DNA of 64,000 nt from a virus. This document shows positions 18,978 to 26,718 of this stretch, piece after piece; position 1 is the first letter of the stretch; each line of letters opens with the position of its first letter. The translations under genes and the position numbers were made by a program. Where the stretch lies: IMG/VR virus record IMGVR_UViG_3300031566_000020, positions 818-64,817 of that record; one strand, written 5' to 3'. Under the pieces are notes generated by a model. It saw only the letters and a program-made list of their open reading frames with translations. It searched no databases and had not been told where the DNA came from.

Positions 18978-19169
18978 ATGAGATACGAGTATAATTGTGA
19001 ACATTGTGGTAATATAGAATATGCATTTCGACCTGTTGATTTAAGAAATGACCCAACAGTTTGCCCAAAATGTCACAAACATATGCACAGATTGATAGGT
19101 ACTCCAAGTTTTATTTTTAAGGGAACAGGTTTTTACGAAACGGATTACAAAAAATCTAAGGAGCAATAA
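18978..19169 (+). CDS. FmdB family Zn-ribbon protein
   Basis: MRYEYNCEHCG...CPKC...RLIG...FKGTGFYETDY. Confidence 0.85.
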   Translation: MRYEYNCEHCGNIEYAFRPVDLRNDPTVCPKCHKHMHRLIGTPSFIFKGTGFYETDYKKSKEQ

Positions 19170-19170
19170 T

Positions 19171-19317
19171 ATGCAACCACCTAGAAAAAAAGAAGGTTTA
19201 GTAAAACATAAGGGTTGTGAAGGATGTACAAAGAAATGTGTATTCAATTGTCCTTGTACAACAAAAAATAAACAAGAAACTGATAGACCATATGGGTGTC
19301 ATTCATGCAACTCTTAA
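19171..19317 (+). CDS. Cys-rich microprotein (48 aa)
   Basis: Read manually: ...GCEGCTKKCVFNCPC...GCHSCNS; AAGGAG RBS. Confidence 0.55.
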   Translation: MQPPRKKEGLVKHKGCEGCTKKCVFNCPCTTKNKQETDRPYGCHSCNS

Positions 19318-19429
19318 CAGACATTATTACAATTCTATGTGTTGTGAGTTGGTTTATAATTATCTTTAGTGGATTAATTGCTTGGAGTTTTATTGCACTT
19401 TTCATAGAAGTATCGCAAAGGATAAGGAA

Positions 19430-19693
19430 ATGAAATATTCTTCCGGTGATATTTTATATTATGTAAACCCATTTGTATTTTTTATTGATGTGGTCAGAAT
19501 AGACTATGCCTATAAAGAGGAGGATGGAACAGTTTATTATATAGACCATACAGGAGCTTATTTAAGGGAAGAAGAACTATTTAAATCATTTAGTCAAGCA
19601 CAAAAGAAAGCGTTTCAGTTATTAGAAAAGTTTACACATGAATGTAAGTACAACATTTTAAATAATAAACCACAATTGAGAGAAGAATTATAA
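19430..19693 (+). CDS. hypothetical protein (87 aa)
   Basis: ATG after AAGGA RBS. Confidence 0.6.
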   Translation: MKYSSGDILYYVNPFVFFIDVVRIDYAYKEEDGTVYYIDHTGAYLREEELFKSFSQAQKKAFQLLEKFTHECKYNILNNKPQLREEL

Positions 19694-19929
19694 TGGAAAT
19701 GGTTTCTGTAAATAGTACAAACATAAAGCAAATTGGATATGAAGAAGATATTTATATCACAATGAATAGAAAAACATCCAAGCTTCGTGTTGTTTTTCAG
19801 AATGATAGAGTATACGATTATTACCAAGTACCGATTCATTTATTCAATGCATTTAAGGAAGCAAAGAGTAAGGGCAAATTTTTTCATGAAAATATAAACA
19901 ATCAATTCAAATATGAGAGGGTTAAATGA
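19693..19929 (+). CDS. KTSC domain protein
   Basis: VNSTNIKQIGY...LRVVF...YDYYQVP...AKSKGKFFH. Confidence 0.9.
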   Translation: MEMVSVNSTNIKQIGYEEDIYITMNRKTSKLRVVFQNDRVYDYYQVPIHLFNAFKEAKSKGKFFHENINNQFKYERVK

Positions 19930-20084
19930 ATACAGATTTTGAGTATACCGATTTATGGTGTTCTAAATGCGGTTATAATGTAGTTGATTTTATGTATGAA
20001 ACAGGAAAAGAACAACAATGTGACTGTCAATCAACATTGCATCCGGATTTTAATCCTGAACTTTGGTATAAAGGTGATGATTAA
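19926..20084 (+). CDS. small Zn-ribbon protein (52 aa), paralog of 24749-25000
   Basis: Read manually: CSKCG...YETGKEQQCDCQSTLHPDFNPELW. Confidence 0.7.
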   Translation: MNTDFEYTDLWCSKCGYNVVDFMYETGKEQQCDCQSTLHPDFNPELWYKGDD

Positions 20085-21213
20085 TTTAGAAAAGATTGAA
20101 CTTACAAATTTTCAAAAACATTCCCATCTGGTTTTAGAATTTAATGATGGGGTTAATATTTTATATGGTTCAAGTGATGCTGGTAAATCATGTGTCAGGA
20201 GAGCTATAGAATTTCTCTGTGATTTTAATGTTTGTGATGGTATTCGTAAGACCGGAACAAAGAAAACAGAAGTTAAGGGCTGGTTTTCAAATGGGGTTAT
20301 TGTAACAAGAGTTCGTAGCACAAGTATCAACAGGTATATTTTAGAGAAAGACGGAAAAGAACAGATTTTTGATGCTATTGGTAGAAGTGGAGTTGAAGAA
20401 ATATAGGAAGCGATAGGCATTTACCCTTTAGAATTTGATGATAAGAAACTTTATTTAAACACACAGCCACAAATTGCTTTACCTTTTTTATTTGATTTAA
20501 GTCCTTCAGATAGGGCTAGGATTTTTAATAAGCTTACCGGAAATGATATTCTAGATAAACTCTTTGGGCAATTCAATAAAGACATTTTACGCATTAAAAG
20601 AAAGTATAAAGAGGAAGTTGAGAATTTTGAAGAAAGGTCAAAAGAAATTGATGAAAAAGAAATAGAGAAGGAAAAAGTAGAAGCACTTCACATGCGGTTA
20701 AAAGTACGCATAAATGACATCAAAAACAGGTATGAAAAATATTCTAAGTTGTTAGAGTTAAAGGATTTACAAGTAAAAAATAGTGAAAACATAAGTAACG
20801 TAAAGACCGTTCTAAAAAACTTCACTTTTCCAGAAGATACTGAAATTAAAAAGCTTAGAGAAAATGTAGTGTCATTTAATGAGCTATTAGAGGTCAAAAA
20901 ACGCTGTGAGAAGCTCTCTGCTGGTTTGGAAGGGGTCAGAGGTCAGTTAAAGGCTTTGCGTTTGCCTACGCTTGATTCTGCAAAGATACAGGGCAAAATA
21001 GAAAGGTTCAACACCCTGAAATCCCTGAAAGAGAAACTTGACAACAATGAGAAAATATGTTATACTATACAGAGAGAAGTCAAAATAGGGGAAAAAGAGC
21101 TTTCTGTTTCATTAGATAGACAAAAATGTTTACTTAAAGAAATGAAAATTTGTCCAATTTGTAAAAGAGAAATAGACAATTCTTGTATAAAGGAGAATTT
21201 TAATGAAAGATAA
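20077..21213 (+). CDS. sbcC: SbcC/Rad50-like ATPase N-terminal half (Walker A, coiled coil, Zn hook) with in-frame TAG at 20404-20406
   Basis: IELTNFQKH, YGSSDAGKS; frame stays open after the TAG (EAIGIYPL...QIALPFLFDLSPSDRARIFNKLTG) and joins ORF 20692-21213 in frame, ending CPICKREID. Confidence 0.82.
21038..21066 (+). promoter_or_regulatory. sigma70-type promoter P4 embedded in sbcC-N
   Basis: TTGACA 21038-21043, 17-bp spacer, TGT-TATACT 21058-21066. Confidence 0.75.
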
Positions 21214-21445
21214 GATAGCAGAGGTGATAAAGAAAAAGGACTTTCATTATGAGTATGATGACCCAAGAGACTTAGCCCAAGCCATTGTTGACCTTATCGC
21301 TAAAGAGTTGCCGAAGGAGAAGGAAATGTCTGATTATGCTCCTAATGGGAGTGTTGAAAAAGCAAGGAATAACCAGTCAAATATGAGTGGCTTCAACCAA
21401 TGCCTTAAAGACATCAAACATAAACTGGGGAATAAAACTGCATAA
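21203..21445 (+). CDS. hypothetical protein (80 aa)
   Basis: AAGGAG RBS; C-terminus encoded through repeat copy 1. Confidence 0.65.
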   Translation: MKDKIAEVIKKKDFHYEYDDPRDLAQAIVDLIAKELPKEKEMSDYAPNGSVEKARNNQSNMSGFNQCLKDIKHKLGNKTA

Positions 21446-21514
21446 ATTTTAAATCAAGTTTCATGCAAATGAACACACTTTCATATAAATGAACATAAAC
21501 TGGGGGGGGGAGTT

Positions 21515-21610
21515 ATGAGTGTATGCTATGTGTGTGGAAAACCTGAAGATAAATGCACCTGTGGAAAAGAAGGAACTTACAAAGGCAAACATAAACTAAC
21601 GGAAGGGTAA
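21515..21610 (+). CDS. Cys-rich microprotein (31 aa)
   Basis: MSVCYVCGKPEDKCTCGKEG...; start codon supplied by repeat copy 2. Confidence 0.5.
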   Translation: MSVCYVCGKPEDKCTCGKEGTYKGKHKLTEG

Positions 21611-21695
21611 ACAGCGTGGCTCGTAACCACAACCTTATTGAGTCGCCAAGCGTCTTGGTAAGTGGACAGGGATTACAACCCTGCCCTTCCGACCA
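21600..21695 (+). ncRNA. tRNA-like structured element (non-canonical or degenerate tRNA)
   Basis: 8-bp acceptor-like stem CGGAAGGG/CCCTTCCG plus ACCA end; 5-bp stem/7-nt loop CAGGG-ATTACAA-CCCTG adjoining the acceptor; hairpins GTGG-CTCGTAA-CCAC and CCAAG-CGT-CTTGG; T-loop and D-arm are non-canonical. Confidence 0.55.
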
Positions 21696-21717
21696 AACAT
21701 AAACTGGGGGTGGAGTT

Positions 21718-21912
21718 ATGAGCAAGGCAAGGTGTAAAAACTGTAAAGAGGTAATTGAATCAAAACATAGACACGACTTTGTAGCCTGTAAATGCTTTAA
21801 GAATAAGCAAAACACAACAGGGATATTCATAGATGGTGGGAATGACTATAGAAGATGTGGAGGAAACTTTGATAATTTAGAGTGGCTAGATAATAAACTG
21901 GGGGTGGAATGA
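21718..21912 (+). CDS. conserved small phage Zn-binding protein (IESxHRHDFVxCxC family)
   Basis: CKNCKEVIESKHRHDFVACKC...IDGGNDY. Confidence 0.75.
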   Translation: MSKARCKNCKEVIESKHRHDFVACKCFKNKQNTTGIFIDGGNDYRRCGGNFDNLEWLDNKLGVE

Positions 21913-22055
21913 AAAAGACCACCAAATATAAAAAAAGAATATGGGAAGATAGGTTGCTTTGTGTTGAAACAACAAGCGATATTGTTGAAAGATACTTCAA
22001 AGGAAATTGGGATGTTAAGTTCAGGAATGAGGAGAACGGGGAGGAAACAAAATGA
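21909..22055 (+). CDS. small hypothetical protein (48 aa)
   Basis: Start supplied by repeat copy 5; ATGA overlaps at both ends. Confidence 0.5.
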   Translation: MKKTTKYKKRIWEDRLLCVETTSDIVERYFKGNWDVKFRNEENGEETK

Positions 22056-22669
22056 TTAGTGACCGTTTATGTGTAGAAGAAAGACATTTTAAAATCGCAA
22101 AAGAGATTAGACCATCTATTAAAAAGGATAATATTGTTTTAATTTATGGTACATCAGGAACAGGAAAAAGTGAAGTAGCTGATTGTTTGCAAGGGGAATT
22201 GTTTAATAAAAATATTTCAAGTTTTGTTCTTTCTTTAGATGATTATTATAACACTATTCCAAGTTTAAGAAATACTAATCGTAAAAAGATGGGATTAGAT
22301 TCTGTTGGATTACAAGAGATTGAATGGGAGCATTTAAGTAGAATTTGTGCAGACTTTCAAGAGAAGAAAACAATCTATTTTAAAAGAGTACATAAATTTG
22401 CAGATATTATTGAACATAATTCAATTGATACAGAAGAAGTTGATGTAATTATTATTGAAGGTTTATTTGCTGGTTATATGAAAAATTATGGTTATGGTGA
22501 CTTTGCAGTTTATTTAGATGGTAATCCAGCTCAAACATTAGCCTTTAGGGAAAAAAGGCGAAAAGAAAATCCTAATGATTCTTTTAGACAGAAAGTAGTG
22601 CAGAAAGAATTTAACATCATTTGTCAGTTAAAAAGATACGCTGATAAAATTATACCGTTTGAGGAATAA
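22052..22669 (+). CDS. uridine kinase / phosphoribulokinase-like P-loop kinase
   Basis: IYGTSGTGKS, LSLDDYY, VIIIEGLFA, FAVYLD. Confidence 0.75.
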   Translation: MISDRLCVEERHFKIAKEIRPSIKKDNIVLIYGTSGTGKSEVADCLQGELFNKNISSFVLSLDDYYNTIPSLRNTNRKKMGLDSVGLQEIEWEHLSRICADFQEKKTIYFKRVHKFADIIEHNSIDTEEVDVIIIEGLFAGYMKNYGYGDFAVYLDGNPAQTLAFREKRRKENPNDSFRQKVVQKEFNIICQLKRYADKIIPFEE

Positions 22670-22670
22670 A

Positions 22671-23594
22671 ATGAAACTTCTTTATTTTCAAGATGGTCAT
22701 GCAAGTGGAAAGAACTCATGTAATTATATCTCTAATTATTTTGAAGATTGGTTAGAGATGTATGATGAGATTCTTTCTATTGCAAAGAAAAATAAATGCG
22801 AAATGATTTTAGATGGTGGCGATTTAGTTGATACCCCAATGCCATCATATAGAGTTCTGGATGAAATAGCAGACCGGACAGAGAAAAACAAGATTCCTGT
22901 TTTTTCTTTATTTGGCAACCATGCTTCACGATTTCATTCAATGGAACACGCACAGTACACAGGATTGGCTCATTTAATTAAGAGAAGTGAGTATTTCAAC
23001 TATCTGGATAACTTTAAAAACGAAGAAGTAAATATTCATGCAATAGAATATTCTCATGATGTTGAAACAAAGATTAAAGAAGACGGTCTAATGTTTCATG
23101 GCGATTCTAATAAGTTTAAAATTTATGTTGTACACGCTTTTATTTGTCCAAAAGAGTTTCCTTTTGCAACCCATGTTGTACCGGAAGATATAAAGACGAA
23201 TGCTGATTTAGTTTTAGTAGGGCATTATCATGACCAATGGGAAAAGAAAATAGGTGATACAACTTATTTAGGTATTGGCTGTATTGGAAGAATGGATATT
23301 TCGGAAAGAGATATTATTCCTACGGTGCTGTTGATTGACACAGATAAAAGAGAATGGAAGAAGATACCTTTACAATCTGCAAAACCAGCAGAAGAAATTT
23401 TTGATTTAGCAAAAGTGGAAGCATTAAAGGCAAAGAGCAAATCAATTGATGAATTTTTAAACAGTATTTCTTCTGTTAAGTTTAAAGGTATTAGGGTAGA
23501 AGATATTATAAAGAACATTGCAACAGAGCAAAAAGTTGATAAAGAAGTGTTAGATTTAATTTTTGATAAAATTGGAGAAATTAATGGATTATAA
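22671..23594 (+). CDS. sbcD: SbcD/Mre11-like metallophosphoesterase nuclease
   Basis: FQDGH, GGDLVD, FGNH, VHAF, VGHYH, IGCIGR; next to SbcC parts. Confidence 0.88.
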   Translation: MKLLYFQDGHASGKNSCNYISNYFEDWLEMYDEILSIAKKNKCEMILDGGDLVDTPMPSYRVLDEIADRTEKNKIPVFSLFGNHASRFHSMEHAQYTGLAHLIKRSEYFNYLDNFKNEEVNIHAIEYSHDVETKIKEDGLMFHGDSNKFKIYVVHAFICPKEFPFATHVVPEDIKTNADLVLVGHYHDQWEKKIGDTTYLGIGCIGRMDISERDIIPTVLLIDTDKREWKKIPLQSAKPAEEIFDLAKVEALKAKSKSIDEFLNSISSVKFKGIRVEDIIKNIATEQKVDKEVLDLIFDKIGEINGL

Positions 23595-23811
23595 AGCTGA
23601 ATTTGACAAATTACAAGAAGATATTAATAATAAGAAGCTTGAGAAAGCCAAGCTGGAAGAACGATTAGAAAATCTTCAAAAAGAACAAAAACAAATTAAT
23701 CAAGAGTTGGTAGAACTTGGACTGACTTCTGAAGAATTAGATGATACGATTTATAAATTAGAGGAAGAAATTAAAGCGGAGATTGAGAAATGCCAAAAAA
23801 ACCTAAGTTAA
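23584..23811 (+). CDS. coiled-coil protein (75 aa), possible middle segment of split SbcC
   Basis: Heptad-rich Leu/Glu/Lys sequence; follows sbcD. Confidence 0.65.
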   Translation: MDYKAEFDKLQEDINNKKLEKAKLEERLENLQKEQKQINQELVELGLTSEELDDTIYKLEEEIKAEIEKCQKNLS

Positions 23812-23972
23812 AAAAATATTTAGTAGTATTTGAAGACCCTGAACCATATATTGAGGTAGTGGTTAAAGCAAGAAATGAAAACGAAGCGATTAAAAAGGCT
23901 GAAAAGAAAGAACCAGACGGAATTTTTATAGACATACAGGAAATAGAGGAAGTAAAAAATGGGAAAGAATAA
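23790..23972 (+). CDS. hypothetical protein (60 aa)
   Basis: ORF track; packed. Confidence 0.6.
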   Translation: MPKKPKLKKYLVVFEDPEPYIEVVVKARNENEAIKKAEKKEPDGIFIDIQEIEEVKNGKE

Positions 23973-24141
23973 ATTAAAAAAGATAGAAATTAAAAGGAAA
24001 TATGTATATACAACATTTACAGATGGAACTGTTTGTAAACATCCTAAACATGCAACAGATGTATCTGTTGAACTTAGACAACCAAAAGTTCAGCCATTAA
24101 TACAAAAATTTCCTATAACTTTAAATGATATAATTATATGA
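23959..24141 (+). CDS. hypothetical protein (60 aa)
   Basis: GAGG RBS; packed. Confidence 0.55.
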   Translation: MGKNKLKKIEIKRKYVYTTFTDGTVCKHPKHATDVSVELRQPKVQPLIQKFPITLNDIII

Positions 24142-24749
24142 AAGATAAAATTAAACAATTAGAAGAAGCTTTTGAAAAATTCTCCAATAAAGTCGGAAGA
24201 CTTCAAGGGGAATACTCTACTTTAAGAATACAACAAGAAACAAGTGGAACTATAATTGAGAAATTAAAACATCAAGAAGAAGTTTATACAAAAGCGGTTC
24301 AGCTATTAACTTTAGTTCAGCAAATAACAAGAGATAAAGTGAAACAGGGATTTGAAGATATTGTTAGTCATGCATTGAATTATATTTTTGAAAGTGATAA
24401 GTATTCTTTTGAGTTGGATTTTAATACAAGGGGAAATTTACAGACTTTAGATTTCAAGGTTAGAACCCCGGATAAAGATGAACCTTTAGATTTAATTGAT
24501 ACATCAGGGGGTGGAGTGATTAATATCGTGTCCTTTGCATTAAGAGTTGTCTTGATGGAGCTTACACAACCTAAGACAGAAGGATTTATTATTGCAGATG
24601 AAACCTTTGCTAATTTAAGTGAAGACCGGATTGAAAGAGCAAGTCAGTTCTTAAAGGAAATAAACCAGAAAATGAATCGGCAAGTGATTGCGATTTCACA
24701 CCAAAACAAAATGTTGGATAGTGCAGATAAATTAATTGAGGTAAAATAA
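24138..24749 (+). CDS. sbcC: SbcC/Rad50-like ATPase C-terminal half
   Basis: Coiled coil followed by signature TSGGGVINIVSFALR, Walker B FIIADETF, and H-loop AISH. Confidence 0.9.
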   Translation: MKDKIKQLEEAFEKFSNKVGRLQGEYSTLRIQQETSGTIIEKLKHQEEVYTKAVQLLTLVQQITRDKVKQGFEDIVSHALNYIFESDKYSFELDFNTRGNLQTLDFKVRTPDKDEPLDLIDTSGGGVINIVSFALRVVLMELTQPKTEGFIIADETFANLSEDRIERASQFLKEINQKMNRQVIAISHQNKMLDSADKLIEVK

Positions 24750-25000
24750 TGGAAAAATATTGTAAAAATTGTGGTGAAGAAGTCCAGCAAGAATTATATG
24801 AAACAGGTATTGAAGAATTTTGTCGCTGTCAATGTACTTTAGAACCTGATTTTAATCCAGACTTATGGACAAACAATCTATTGGAAAGAAAACGTAAGAT
24901 AGCAAGGGATTTGAAAGACAGGATGAAAAAAGAATGGACAGGTCTGAATGGACAAGACTACCAAGAACAAACTCCATTAGAAAGTTTTGAAAATGAATAA
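24749..25000 (+). CDS. small Zn-ribbon protein, paralog of 19926-20084
   Basis: CKNCG...YETGIEEFCRCQCTLEPDFNPDLW. Confidence 0.7.
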   Translation: MEKYCKNCGEEVQQELYETGIEEFCRCQCTLEPDFNPDLWTNNLLERKRKIARDLKDRMKKEWTGLNGQDYQEQTPLESFENE

Positions 25001-25808
25001 TCCAATTATAATTTGTGCTTCAGGCAATTCTGTGCCTTTTTTGAATAGCCAATATTATAGAACGCATTGCGGATTACCATCAAAACTTCAATACACAATA
25101 CAGAATAATGTTTCTATTGGATTGAATTGGTTCTTTAAATACGGATGCCGGACAACTTTTACATCTTGGGTAGATTGGCAGTGGTATGTTTGGACAAAAG
25201 AACAAACACAATCTTTACCGCTTATGGTTGGAAATTATGACCAATCTTTAAAAAATCATAATGAAGATTTAACCAATAAGAATACGATTTTGTTGAAAAG
25301 TAGCAACACATATTATGGCAAAGAATCAATCGAAAAGGGAGTATACACAAAGCATTTGGTAGGGATTTGGGCTATGAGCCTTGCAGTTTCTTTGGGGTTT
25401 AAAGAGATATACCTTCTTGGCTATGATTGTTGCGAAGTAAACGGACAAACACATTTTTATCAAGGGGTTATTGATGTAAATCAATCAGTTCCTTTGAAGT
25501 TAAGAGGAAAGGTTGTTGAAAACAGACCTATATTTAGAGGAGTAGGAAAGAAAGAAGATGGGAAATATAAAACCGGAACATATAACCGGAAAGGTAAAGA
25601 TATAAGCGATACATATTTTGATAAGTTCACAACAGAAAAGGATGTCAAAATTTATAATGTATCAGAAGAAAGTATCATAACATCTTTTCCTAAAATTTCA
25701 TATGAAGAATTATATGAAAGAGTTGGCGATATTAAAGTTGATAATGATGCAATTAGGGATAAAATAAAGGAAGCTTTACATGAAAGAGCTTGTGATTGTA
25801 ACCGTTAG
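24993..25808 (+). CDS. MptE-like/DUF115 (Maf- or sialyltransferase-like) glycosyltransferase
   Basis: IICASGNS, IGLN, WVD, AMSLAVSLGFKEIYLLGYDC...THFY, KIYNVSEES...FPKIS. Confidence 0.7.
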   Translation: MNNPIIICASGNSVPFLNSQYYRTHCGLPSKLQYTIQNNVSIGLNWFFKYGCRTTFTSWVDWQWYVWTKEQTQSLPLMVGNYDQSLKNHNEDLTNKNTILLKSSNTYYGKESIEKGVYTKHLVGIWAMSLAVSLGFKEIYLLGYDCCEVNGQTHFYQGVIDVNQSVPLKLRGKVVENRPIFRGVGKKEDGKYKTGTYNRKGKDISDTYFDKFTTEKDVKIYNVSEESIITSFPKISYEELYERVGDIKVDNDAIRDKIKEALHERACDCNR

Positions 25809-25871
25809 TTTTGCGATATCAATTATATTAATTCCTGTCTATGTTTTATACAGGATATATAAAGGACTAAG

Positions 25872-26126
25872 ATGAGTTTAATATCAATAATGGGATGGGT
25901 AGGCAATATATTTTTCATTCTAGGGGCAATTTTTCTAGCAATGAAATGGATATCCGGATGGCATTGTCAAATCTTGGGTAATATTTGTTATGTTGTTTTC
26001 GCTGTTCTCATGGGGGTTGAAGGGGTGAGCCTTTGTGCTTTGTCTATTTTGTTAATAATTATAAATATATTTGGATGGAAAAATTGGAAGGAGCAAAAAA
26101 ATCAATGGATAACTATAAAAAATTAG
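25872..26126 (+). CDS. PnuC-like short (3-TM) membrane protein
   Basis: GWVGNIFFILGAIFLA...GWHCQILGNICY...NIFGWKNW. Confidence 0.6.
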   Translation: MSLISIMGWVGNIFFILGAIFLAMKWISGWHCQILGNICYVVFAVLMGVEGVSLCALSILLIIINIFGWKNWKEQKNQWITIKN

Positions 26127-26275
26127 ACTGTGTTAAAGGACTTTTAATGGGAATGGATAGACAGCTTCAGGCATTATGGGATAAGTCTATAGGCGAAGAA
26201 GCTCAAAATATTGTCATTGATAGATATTATGAAGCTATTATTAATTTTTTAAATGAGGAAGACACTAATGCCTAG
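26105..26275 (+). CDS. hypothetical protein (56 aa)
   Basis: AAGGAG RBS. Confidence 0.55.
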   Translation: MDNYKKLDCVKGLLMGMDRQLQALWDKSIGEEAQNIVIDRYYEAIINFLNEEDTNA

Positions 26276-26537
26276 ACCACACAGAAAATGGACAGTTATA
26301 TCTTCATATTTTAGAGAAGTGCTTGATACACCAACAAAAGCGATTATAAATGACCTTTTGAAAGAGGATAAAAACATTCTTCTTTTCATTAAAAAAGATG
26401 AACAAGATGAAGACCCAAAGAAAGGTCAATCAGAAAAGTTTAAAAAATTATGTGAGTTGTATGAAAACGAAACCAAATTAGGGAAAATAATTATTTCAGC
26501 AGTACCGGATATTGAAAAATACATTGAAATAGATTAA
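26268..26537 (+). CDS. hypothetical protein (89 aa)
   Basis: GAGG RBS; packed. Confidence 0.6.
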   Translation: MPRPHRKWTVISSYFREVLDTPTKAIINDLLKEDKNILLFIKKDEQDEDPKKGQSEKFKKLCELYENETKLGKIIISAVPDIEKYIEID

Positions 26538-26538
26538 A

Positions 26539-26718
26539 ATGAATATACTTTTAAGAAAAACATTATTATATCGTGTAATTAATTTAGTTGTTATAGGAAT
26601 GATTGTGTTTCTTATAACAAAAAACGTAGAAGAAGCACTTAAATTGAGTCTTGTGGTTGAAGTAACAAAAACTGTACTCTATCTTGTATACGAATATTTT
26701 TGGGAGCTTTCTCACTAA
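26539..26718 (+). CDS. DUF2061-like small membrane protein (59 aa)
   Basis: Missed by ORF track: MNILLRKTLLYRVINLVVIGMIVFLITKNVEEALKLSLVVEVTKTVLYLVYEYFW (KTxxYR...K..LY..E..W pattern). Confidence 0.65.
   Translation: MNILLRKTLLYRVINLVVIGMIVFLITKNVEEALKLSLVVEVTKTVLYLVYEYFWELSH

Larger units (their letters stand above)
21416..21911 (+). repeat. five dispersed direct repeats, consensus AAACATAAACTGGGGGTGGAGTTATG
   Basis: Copies at 21416-21430, 21492-21519, 21587-21597 (partial), 21695-21722 and 21893-21911. Confidence 0.85.

Noticed and set aside
21600-21695. tRNA-like element as an amber suppressor for the sbcC TAG
   Set aside because: Neither candidate loop presents CUA (CGT in one fold, CTT in the other).
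21416-21911. CRISPR array
   Set aside because: The repeats are degenerate and non-palindromic, spacing is irregular (about 75-200 bp), the intervals are ORFs, and there are no cas genes.
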